Source of the DNA: an uncultured Planktomarina sp.
Lineage (GTDB): Bacteria; Pseudomonadota; Alphaproteobacteria; Rhodobacterales; Rhodobacteraceae
Length of the DNA stretch: 64,000 bases
NCBI RefSeq assembly: GCF_905181815.1
Contig: NZ_CAJIZA010000005.1
Strand: one strand, 5' to 3'
Position 1 is the stretch's first letter, and each line of letters starts with the position of its first letter. The translations under genes and the position numbers were made by a program. A model generated the notes under the pieces. The model was given only the letters and a program-made list of their open reading frames with translations. It was not told where the DNA came from and searched no databases. Of the stretch, positions 30,075 to 37,454 are shown in pieces.

Positions 30075-30436
30075 CACTAATCGCGGGGCGGCAATGGCAA
30101 AAGAACTTGTCACTGAGGGCTATGGTAACGGCAATACATTAGCTTACCTACAGCAAGAAATCATTAAGGCGAAGAAACTGGAGCGTTGGGGTAAATAGCC
30201 CCTGCCCCACCAAGCCCAACGCCCCAAGTCGTATACCCTTGCTTACTCGGAATAATATCTCTGTAGTTTGTGACATGATCGTGGCCAGACGTGCTAATGT
30301 CGGTACGGAAAATCTCTATTTGTCTTAGTAACAGGCGAGAGCTATTAGGGTGTTCGAAGCTAATGTGTTTGTCGTAATAAGTTGTTTGCAGAGATAACGT
30401 CGTTAGCTTATTTGTGAGTAATTTCCAATTTTATGC

Positions 30437-30913
30437 GTGGTGCTTAATATGTTCTCCCAATCAAACAATGACGACCTTACTTCTCGGCAGAGTTTTTCTA
30501 AGGAGCCAAGGCAACGTCGATCACTTTTGCATGATGGCATAGTTATCAAAGGTGATTGGCAAAGTGACGGTACAGTAGAGTTTGGCGGAAGGATTACAGG
30601 CGATTTGACTGTAGATATACTAGTAGTGACTGGTACCGGCAATGTGGATGGCAACGTGAGGGCAAGGTCTGTCACAGTTGAAGGTTATTTGAACGGCACT
30701 ATCGCTGCTGTGGAGGTAGTGCTGGGTTCAACAGCAGTTGTCAGAGGTGAAGTCGTTGCAGAAAAAATACGAATAGATTTTGGGGCAAATGTTGAAGGTC
30801 GTTTGTTAGCTACTGATAAGCCAGAAACTGATACCATTCTGACCCAAGATAAAGCCTCTGATGCGGCGACAAAAATTAACGATAGTTCGTCATCAACCCC
30901 AAGGTTGCTTTAG
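30437..30913 (+). CDS. bactofilin-domain protein
   Basis: Repetitive beta-helix pattern (GDLTVDILVVTGTGNVDGNVRARSVTVEGYLNGTI…VRGEVVAEKIRIDFGANVEGRL). GTG at 30437 or ATG at 30449. Confidence 0.8.
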   Translation: MVLNMFSQSNNDDLTSRQSFSKEPRQRRSLLHDGIVIKGDWQSDGTVEFGGRITGDLTVDILVVTGTGNVDGNVRARSVTVEGYLNGTIAAVEVVLGSTAVVRGEVVAEKIRIDFGANVEGRLLATDKPETDTILTQDKASDAATKINDSSSSTPRLL

Positions 30914-31398
30914 CCTGCCAATCCCAATCCAGATTCGCCTTTTCTAAATATCCCCTTGCTGGTAAACTCCATAACAACAACACCATTCTGGTTGCTGACA
31001 GAGACTTTGCTTGTTACTACGCCTATGTTTGGACGGCTCTTTGAAGGAACAGTATCCTGAACTTCCATTTGTACCGACAGTATGTCTCCGGGGTAGACAG
31101 GGCGAAGCCATCTAAGACAATCAATCCCCGGTGAGCCGAGAGACCTACCATGTAAATCCATATTCTCAACCATCATTGACATCGTCATGGCACAAGTATG
31201 CCAACCACTAGCGCATAGCCCACGGAACAAAGACTCTTTGGCGGCCTCATGGTCTAGATGGAAGAATTGAGCATCGTACTTAGTCGCAAACTCTATGATT
31301 TCGTCCTCAGTGACTTCATATGCTCCAAAGTTCTGTTTTTGCCCAATTTCAAAGGACTCAAAAGGGATGTAGTTTAGTTTGCTTGGAGTTTTTGTCAT
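30910..31398 (-). CDS. MaoC-like (hotdog-fold) dehydratase
   Basis: 162 aa. DAQFFHLDHEAAKES…GLCASGWHT is typical MaoC. Converges on and overlaps the bactofilin stop. Confidence 0.8.
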   Translation of the reverse strand: MTKTPSKLNYIPFESFEIGQKQNFGAYEVTEDEIIEFATKYDAQFFHLDHEAAKESLFRGLCASGWHTCAMTMSMMVENMDLHGRSLGSPGIDCLRWLRPVYPGDILSVQMEVQDTVPSKSRPNIGVVTSKVSVSNQNGVVVMEFTSKGIFRKGESGLGLAG

Positions 31399-31800
31399 TT
31401 TACATTCCCTGATTTTCATTTGTCCTAGTAATGGAAGAGGGGTGATACCCGATTAACCCTTATCCTTACTCTAGAGATAAGCAAGAGTTATAAACTAACT
31501 ATCGGGACGATTTGCGGCGCCGCAACTGGCGCGTAGCCAATCACAATAATTATTTATGTTGTAGTGTATTAACTAGATTGGTTGTCATTGATTGCTGGTT
31601 GTATTTCCAGCCATTTATAGAACTTATGCTTTCTGAGTTCGTACTGCTTACTAGGTTAAATTCTTATGAGTGTATGGAACTCTACAGATACTGGTTGCTG
31701 ATAGTTCATAACATTACCTGATACGGTTACATTATGGCTATTTTCCTCATTCTTAATATCGTAACTGATCCTTAATGACTTTATCTGGTGGGTAGATTAA

Positions 31801-31971
31801 TTTACGATACGCGAAGCTAAAGGGAGTGGTGTGTACAAGAACCGCAAGCATAAGCCTGTGATAGACCGTGATGACGTACTCAAGGTTGAGAGTCTGTCCA
31901 CGTACAAAATTGCTGACCAGATGGGTATTTCACGAATGTCTGTACATAAGACACTAAATAACGCTGCCTGA
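31801..31971 (+). pseudogene. C-terminal fragment of a serine recombinase (resolvase/invertase HTH domain)
   Basis: …AKGSGVYKNRKHKPVIDRDDVLKVESLSTYKIADQMGISRMSVHKTLNNAA matches the A-K-x-x-G-V-x-x-G-R-K-x-K … HTH end of resolvases. No catalytic N-terminal domain lies upstream (a stop at 31798 followed by AT-rich non-coding DNA). Confidence 0.5.
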
Positions 31972-32009
31972 TGCACCAAACTCCCTAGCTCACTCGACCT
32001 CGTAAACCT

Positions 32010-32200
32010 ATGTCATCATGGGTGGGTGAGCCACGCCGTTTGGCTAAAGGGTCCCTGAGGTTTATTACCAAACGAATTCGGTTGGCGCGATTTACAGATA
32101 GGTATCTAGGGTAAATATTTAGTTTGTGGATTGGATTAGTCTTTGAAAGTTGACAAGCAGACCGCTTAAGAATTATGGAAATATCCCAGGGAGGAAACCT
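32010..32200 (+). repeat. repeat family B, copy 1
   Basis: Contains the near-palindrome CCAAACGAATTCGGTTGG (32068-32085), then GTTGGCGCGATTTACAGATAGGTATCTAGGGTAAATATTTAGTTTGTGGATTGG. About 75-80% identical by eye to copy 2 over about 70 nt. Confidence 0.7.
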
Positions 32201-32383
32201 GGACAAGCAGTCTGCTCAATAAGCATTAATCATCCGCACCCCACCTTTAGCAACGACTATAAGTGTCCTAATTATGAACACCACTGCTGTCTTTAAGCAC
32301 CACTCTGGGCATCTCTAGACAATCGGTCTATCGGATCAAGGATAAGATCTTCCAAAGAAATCTTTATTGTGCCAGTCTACTAA

Positions 32384-32520
32384 ATCAAACGTGGAACCGG
32401 CGAACTGCACAGGAACCAATTAAGTTAGCCCGTTTCGCAGGTAGGAATCCAAGGTAAAGAATTAGTTTGCGGATGGGTTTGCTCTTTGGCAGTCTAAGGG
32501 TGACACTTATGGAGGTGAAC
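32384..32520 (+). repeat. repeat family B, copy 2 (5' leader of ORF 32521)
   Basis: ATCAAACG…GTTAGCCCGTTTCGCAGGTAGGAATCCAAGGTAAAGAATTAGTTTGCGGATGGG, ending in the GGAGG RBS of the next ORF. Confidence 0.7.
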
Positions 32521-32808
32521 ATGAAAAAACTATCAATAATTAGATTCAAACCCAAGCCTGGCTGTTTGGATGAATTTGCCGCAAACCTAACCTCATTTAA
32601 TGAAACTAAACACCGAGTATTTCATTTGATGCAATCAGGCGATGAACTTCACGCTATTGTCATTAGAAATGCAGAAATACTTACACAAGACGCCGCCGAT
32701 GGAGTGAATTGGCTGAATGGCCAGCGGCACCTTTTGCAAGAGTTTGATGCTGAGAACAAACATACAATCCCTTTGAGTGGCGATCTGCTTTACAGTTCGG
32801 TGAAATAG
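32521..32808 (+). CDS. small ABM/dimeric alpha-beta-barrel-like protein
   Basis: 95 aa from MKKLSIIRFKPKPG… with a GGAGG RBS 6 nt upstream. Fold assignment is by pattern only. Confidence 0.55.
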   Translation: MKKLSIIRFKPKPGCLDEFAANLTSFNETKHRVFHLMQSGDELHAIVIRNAEILTQDAADGVNWLNGQRHLLQEFDAENKHTIPLSGDLLYSSVK

Positions 32809-32846
32809 TCTGGGATTACAGCTTTAACACGGAAGGGAAGTCAAAG

Positions 32847-33104
32847 ATGTTATTTATGGTAAAAGTTACGCACGAATACTCCACTTGTCAGGCGCATCAC
32901 CCTACAAAAGCAGACCTTTATAAAAACACCTTAGCAAACTTGAGCGATCACGGGATTAAGGTGCATGGTCATTATACAAATCGTCTTGAGCATACAAACT
33001 TTATAGTATGCGAAACAGATAGCTTTGAGTCATTAGATGCCGCCTTCGATCCAATTCTTGAGATGGGTCACTTCGAAGCTACGCCAGTAATGAAGCGTGA
33101 GTGA
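32847..33104 (+). CDS. small hypothetical protein (DUF3303-like by memory)
   Basis: 85 aa, MLFMVKVTHEY…, with an RBS-like AAGGGAAG upstream. Confidence 0.5.
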   Translation: MLFMVKVTHEYSTCQAHHPTKADLYKNTLANLSDHGIKVHGHYTNRLEHTNFIVCETDSFESLDAAFDPILEMGHFEATPVMKRE

Positions 33105-33343
33105 CCAAACTCTCGACAATCCCAAACCACCAACCCAGCATTACCGGTGGCCTTTGTAAGCATCATACGCTTCCAGAGGTAGCCAACCTGATAGCTGTCA
33201 AAGGAGGCAACACCACAACCCACGAGGTACGTCAGAGAGCCAGATGCCATAACTGCAGGGACAAGGGCAACAACACGTATCAGATCGTTCATAAGGACAG
33301 CTCTATTGTTGCAGTGGATGGGGCAGCCACACTATCAAATTAA
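33101..33343 (+). CDS. possible small ORF coinciding with repeat A copy 1
   Basis: GTG start overlaps the upstream TGA (GTGA). 80 codons including …ANLIAVKGGNTTTHEVRQRARCHNCRDKGNNTYQIVH…. The same reading frame is partly preserved in repeat copies 2 and 3. Confidence 0.3.
   Translation: MTKLSTIPNHQPSITGGLCKHHTLPEVANLIAVKGGNTTTHEVRQRARCHNCRDKGNNTYQIVHKDSSIVAVDGAATLSN
33160..33340 (+). repeat. repeat family A, copy 1
   Basis: 24-nt core CAGAGAGCCAGATGCCATAACTGC at 33233-33256. Flanks are alignable with copies 2 and 3. Confidence 0.75.
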
Positions 33344-33366
33344 TTTTATTTCGAAGGAGATAAAAG

Positions 33367-33855
33367 GTGTACCTGGAAACGGAACGTCTAATCATCAACA
33401 ATCTCAGTCTTGACGATCTCGACTTTTTAACGGACCTAGATGCCGATCCGTTGGTTAGAAAGTTTATTGATGGAAAAGTAAAAACTATTAACGAAACTCG
33501 CCAATACCTTTCTGAAAATATTGATGGTTACTTGCGGCATGGATTTGGACGATACGCCGTCAGGGTTAAAGAAGATTTGAAGCCTATCGGAATTTGTGGG
33601 TTTTTAATGGAAAATTATGGGGTGGACTTTGGCTATAGATTTAGCCAATCGGCTTGGGGACAAGGGATTGCAAAAGAGGCAGGAAATAGCGTCATTAGAT
33701 ATGGTGTTGATCGACTTAAATTAAAGAAGATCGTTGGCATTGTATTACCTGATAATATTGCATCTGAAAAAGTATTAATTTCATGTGGCTTTACATTTGT
33801 TGGTATGGATGAGGTGTGGGGTAAAAAAATTAAGAGGTACGAAATAACGCATTAA
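33367..33855 (+). CDS. GNAT-family N-acetyltransferase (RimJ/RimL-like)
   Basis: 162 aa. GTG start 7 nt after GAAGGAG. FSQSAWGQGIAKEAGNSVIRYG acetyl-CoA-binding-type segment. Confidence 0.85.
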   Translation: MYLETERLIINNLSLDDLDFLTDLDADPLVRKFIDGKVKTINETRQYLSENIDGYLRHGFGRYAVRVKEDLKPIGICGFLMENYGVDFGYRFSQSAWGQGIAKEAGNSVIRYGVDRLKLKKIVGIVLPDNIASEKVLISCGFTFVGMDEVWGKKIKRYEITH

Positions 33856-33879
33856 CTGTTCGTCCTTCTTCTAAACTCA

Positions 33880-34015
33880 AATGCCCACTTTCCACTAGCA
33901 AACCTAATTGCTGCCGCAGGACGCAATACGACAGCCCACGAAGAACGCCAGAGAGCCAGATGCCATAACTGCGGCGCAAAGGGTAAAGGGTAACAACACG
34001 TACCAGATCTTTGAT
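33880..34015 (+). repeat. repeat family A, copy 2
   Basis: Identical 24-nt core at 33949-33972. Begins right after the GNAT stop. Confidence 0.75.
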
Positions 34016-34109
34016 AAATAAAAGACCAAAAAAGCAATCCTTTCAGCGTCCAAATTAGCACCATACAAGCGTTATAGCCTTTGGTTCTAAACACGGGGGG
34101 ATGCAGCGC

Positions 34110-34222
34110 TAAAAATGGTGTGCGAGCCTCTGTGTGAGCCTGTAGGGAGCCCTTAGATTCATAATCAAACGAATTCGGTTGGCCCGTTTTGCAAGTGCAA
34201 ATCCAAGGTAAAGGTTTAGTTC
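34110..34222 (+). repeat. repeat family B, copy 3 (truncated)
   Basis: TCAAACGAATTCGGTTGG (34165-34182), then GTTGGCCCGTTTTGCAAGTGCAAATCCAAGGTAAAGGTTTAGTT. Similarity ends where the minus-strand ORF 34216..34536 stops. Confidence 0.7.
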
Positions 34223-34536
34223 AAAACTATTTGTTCTAACGATGCTTCACTTTCGTAATTATAAATCATAACGCCAGGGAATCCGCCTTCTTTGAAGTCA
34301 AATGTTTTTCTGAGCTGCAAGATTACCTTCTGGGCATAAGCCTCAAACGACTTAAGATCTTGATTTGAATCAAATTTAGCGACTATTGATAAACTAGCGC
34401 ATTTCCCAATAGTGATGCTTAGCGACTGTATATTCAGGTTATCTATCTGATCGCCAATTTCTTTAGAGCAATGATTAGCGGCAATTTTTGCCTGATCTAT
34501 ACTGATAAACCGGTATTCAAAAATTCTGGCAAACAT
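34216..34536 (-). CDS. small hypothetical protein, translationally coupled to the GAF gene
   Basis: 106 aa. Its ATG directly abuts the upstream TAG (TAGATG). Alternating beta/alpha pattern. Confidence 0.5.
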   Translation of the reverse strand: MFARIFEYRFISIDQAKIAANHCSKEIGDQIDNLNIQSLSITIGKCASLSIVAKFDSNQDLKSFEAYAQKVILQLRKTFDFKEGGFPGVMIYNYESEASLEQIVLN

Positions 34537-35352
34537 CTATAAATCTCCCAGCAAATCATCTAGAAATGTGGAAGTACTATCTGAAGTCAATATGTTACGC
34601 TTCATAACACGAGTTTGCAATTTCATTTTTTGTTGCAGCTGGATGCCAGGATTTGTAATATACACACCCTGTTTATCATCTCGAGACACGAGATTTAAGT
34701 TCTGTAGAACATCATAGTCTTTATCAGAGATATTGTTCCCAGAACAGATTGTTAAAAAAGCTCGTAAAGAATTTAAACTATCCGATTTCGCAACAGTAGC
34801 GAAGATTTTTACCACTTGTCGACAGGTCTCCGAAGTAGCTTCTTTTTGTTCAGTTTGTATATCAAGCTGGTGTGCTATCCTGTCTGTCAGACCATTTATT
34901 AACTCTATTTGCCGCCCTGTAAGTGATTTCGCTTCTGCGTTTAATAGGCAAAACGAACCCAGTGCATAGTTATCTTTATTGATGACTGGAAAACCGGCAT
35001 AGCCCAAATATTCGGCTTCCCCACTTTTTATTTTTGGGTGATTCATCCAACGATCATGCTTCGATAAATCATGTATTAACGTGGGCTCAGCACTCAGAAG
35101 CACGTAAGAGCAAACATTAAACTCGTCCCGCAGACTCTTACTATTATCAGTATTATTGGTTGTTGAAATCTTACATTGAAAATTTTCATCAAACAAACTG
35201 AATGCGACATAATCAAAATCCGTCAATTCTTTTGCTATGTCACAAAAAACGGAGAAATTACTATTTTGATTGCCGTCGATTACCCCTGTTCTCTTCACAG
35301 CAACAAGTCTTCGGTCTTCATTCCTAGGCCGTGGAGCCAATTCTGTGTTCAT
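34537..35352 (-). CDS. GAF-domain protein with an uncharacterised C-terminal region
   Basis: 271 aa. N-terminal NEDRRLVAVKRTGVID…FDYVAFSLFDE…YLGYAGFPVIN…LGSFCLL pattern is typical of GAF sensor domains. The last ~100 aa are unrecognisable. Confidence 0.65.
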   Translation of the reverse strand: MNTELAPRPRNEDRRLVAVKRTGVIDGNQNSNFSVFCDIAKELTDFDYVAFSLFDENFQCKISTTNNTDNSKSLRDEFNVCSYVLLSAEPTLIHDLSKHDRWMNHPKIKSGEAEYLGYAGFPVINKDNYALGSFCLLNAEAKSLTGRQIELINGLTDRIAHQLDIQTEQKEATSETCRQVVKIFATVAKSDSLNSLRAFLTICSGNNISDKDYDVLQNLNLVSRDDKQGVYITNPGIQLQQKMKLQTRVMKRNILTSDSTSTFLDDLLGDL

Positions 35353-35496
35353 TTCTCATTCTCTCTGTCTGCAGATTTACATCATTCAGAAGTAAACCGT
35401 CCCTGTATGAGTTTATGTCACATAATTTTTGTTTTTGTAAATATTAACCTATTCTGAATAACAACACCAAGTATTGAAGCGGTTACTGGCTGCTTC

Positions 35497-35630
35497 AAAC
35501 CACAGCCCACGAGGTACGTCAGAGAGCCAGATGCCATTACTGCGGGGGCGAAGGCAACAACACGTATCAGATCGTTTACACGGGTAACTCTGATTTAGCG
35601 ATGGCTGGGGTTGGGTCAGCCAAGGATAAT
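35497..35630 (+). repeat. repeat family A, copy 3
   Basis: Core at 35520-35543 differs from copies 1 and 2 at one base. Flanks are about as similar to copy 1 as the core. Confidence 0.75.
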
Positions 35631-35777
35631 CTTAAGGAATCGCCACAACGTAACGCTACAACTCATTGAAGATCAAAATTTTACATCAAAGTGGTACACA
35701 AATATGACAAAAAAGGCACACAAGCCCGTCACATAACGCTCAAATAACCCCAATTATCAGATTTATTTGTGAATTAG

Positions 35778-35863
35778 TGGTACCCGCGGCCGGACTCGAA
35801 CCGGCACGGCCGTTAAGCCTGAGGATTTTAAGTCCTCTATGTCTACCATTCCATCACGCGGGC
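35778..35863 (-). tRNA. tRNA-Leu (anticodon TAA)
   Basis: Minus strand reads GCCCGCG…GAGGA-CTTAAAA-TCCTC, a long variable arm, then GCCGG-TTCGAGT-CCGGC-CGCGGGT-A-CCA. Confidence 0.93.
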
Positions 35864-35910
35864 ACAGCGGCGAACATAGGCAAAATGCTGGGCGTGTAAA
35901 GGTGGATTAT

Positions 35911-36450
35911 CTATAAATCCGTGCCCAAATTTGGGATCAAATCCCGCTCTGCGGCGAAAGGGTTTAATGCCATCTCCTTTTGAAATTCAATTCCTGCCAA
36001 TTCTGGCTGTCCGAGAGCCAAATGGGTCAGCCCTTTGCCCGACAATGCCCCAAGATGGCGCGGCTGGATGCTGAGCGTCCGGACCAGATCTGGTAACGCG
36101 CCTTCGAAGTCACCAGCCAGATACCGCGCAAAGGCGCGTTGATTGTGACCCTCGGCATAATCGGGACAATACTCGATGAGTGCACTCAAAAATCCCTCAG
36201 CGGCAGCCAAGTCGCCCAACTGGATGTTCATCATCCCTCGGTTAAGCATACGTTGCGCACGGTTGTCCGGTGCGCGGGTCCAAAGGCTCCAGAGTACATC
36301 AGTGGCCACTTGTGCGTCGCGGGAAAACTTCGCAAATTTGAGAGTACGATACGCCTTATCGAGCTCCTCAGAAATCGCTGGATTCTTTGGACACTGAGCC
36401 AACGCGTCTGAGGTTAAGGCTGTGATTAGGGCGATAAATAAAATGCGCAT
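35911..36450 (-). CDS. secreted TPR-repeat protein
   Basis: Signal peptide MRILFIALITALTSDALA followed by TPR-like repeats. Confidence 0.7.
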   Translation of the reverse strand: MRILFIALITALTSDALAQCPKNPAISEELDKAYRTLKFAKFSRDAQVATDVLWSLWTRAPDNRAQRMLNRGMMNIQLGDLAAAEGFLSALIEYCPDYAEGHNQRAFARYLAGDFEGALPDLVRTLSIQPRHLGALSGKGLTHLALGQPELAGIEFQKEMALNPFAAERDLIPNLGTDL

Positions 36451-36604
36451 ACGCTCTACATGGCTCAAAGCGGCCATCTGTCAAGCATAGAGCATGTTGT
36501 GTTTTGATGGACCCAACGAACGCGCCTTAAGTCATTAAATTATAACATTTATAACCAAAAAACTGGTATCCACCTTGGCTGAACAGGTTCTAAGGTAGCC
36601 GTCG

Positions 36605-37396
36605 TTAGCTACTTTTGCGGATAATCTTGGAAAACGGTGCGAAGACTTGATCATTAGCGGCAATCACCGTTCCATCTTGCAATACGTCACCACCCGGTTG
36701 AATGGCCTCGGAAAATCCGCCCGCTTCTTTAACAATGATCATACCAGCGGCGACATCCCAAAGTTGCAAGCGGCGGCCCCAAAATCCATCCACACGGCCA
36801 GCGGCTACATAGGCCATGTCCAGCGCGGCAGCGCCGAGATTACGCACGCCGGCTGAGACTGGCAAAAGATGCGCCAGATCGGTCAAGGCTTGCGGCAAGT
36901 CCGAGCGGCCCGCGCTTGGCAGGCCGGTGGCAAAGACGCAGTCAGACAGGCTGCGACGTCCAGAAACCCGCATACGAGTTTCATTCATCCAAGCGCCCTG
37001 GCCTTTTTCCGCGAAAAAACATTCGTCTTGCGCGGCATCGTATATCACACCAGCAACAATCTCACCCTTATGCTCCAAAGCAATCGTGACCGCATAATGA
37101 GGCATGCCGTGCTGGAAGTTAGTGACACCTACCATTGCATCCACGATCCAGCGGCGGGTCGGGTCTTTACCTTGAATTTCGGCGCTTTCAGCGGCAAAGT
37201 AACCATAGGTTGGACGGGCCGCAAGCAGCTCTTCTTTCACCACTTTATCCGCATGCATGTCCGCGCGGGCAACAAAATCACTGGCGCCTGTGACCGAGAC
37301 TTGCAAATTGGCCACCTCGCGAAAATCTTTCGCCAAGGCGCGTCCAGCTTTGCGCGCTGTCGCAATCATTACGTTCATATTTGCGCTTTGTACCAT
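36605..37396 (-). CDS. inositol monophosphatase/SuhB-family protein with a non-canonical metal-binding motif
   Basis: Overall SuhB-like, with WDVAAGMIIVKEAGG present. The D-P-[LIVM]-D-[SG]-[ST] motif reads DAMVGV. Confidence 0.85.
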   Translation of the reverse strand: MVQSANMNVMIATARKAGRALAKDFREVANLQVSVTGASDFVARADMHADKVVKEELLAARPTYGYFAAESAEIQGKDPTRRWIVDAMVGVTNFQHGMPHYAVTIALEHKGEIVAGVIYDAAQDECFFAEKGQGAWMNETRMRVSGRRSLSDCVFATGLPSAGRSDLPQALTDLAHLLPVSAGVRNLGAAALDMAYVAAGRVDGFWGRRLQLWDVAAGMIIVKEAGGFSEAIQPGGDVLQDGTVIAANDQVFAPFSKIIRKSS

Positions 37397-37454
37397 GGTG
37401 ATGCTCCTGCCAATCAGGCTGGGCTATACGCCGCCGAAGCCAGCTTGCCAAGGC

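Noticed and set aside
32394-32401. Possible att duplicate of the tRNA-Leu 3' end (GAACCGGC)
   Set aside because: It is only an 8-nt match, which is expected by chance in 64 kb. The flanking bases do not match the tRNA.
33222-33288. Imperfect hairpin in repeat A (ACGAGGTACGT … ACGTATC-AGA-TCGT with inner TGCC/GGCA)
   Set aside because: It can be drawn for copies 1 and 3, whose arms are identical. In copy 2 the arms have diverged without compensatory changes, so there is no covariation support for a conserved structure.
31972-35700. Canonical integron (attC array)
   Set aside because: No intI gene is present. I could not find RYYYAAC…GTTRRRY pairs at attC-like spacing in either repeat family. 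The only palindrome is 18 nt, far too short. The cassette-like layout is reported as a finding, but not as an integron.
17422-36450. The two secreted TPR proteins (17422..17982 and 35911..36450) as a repeat or mobile element
   Set aside because: They are similar only at the protein-architecture level. I saw no nucleotide-level repeat. They are ordinary paralogues.
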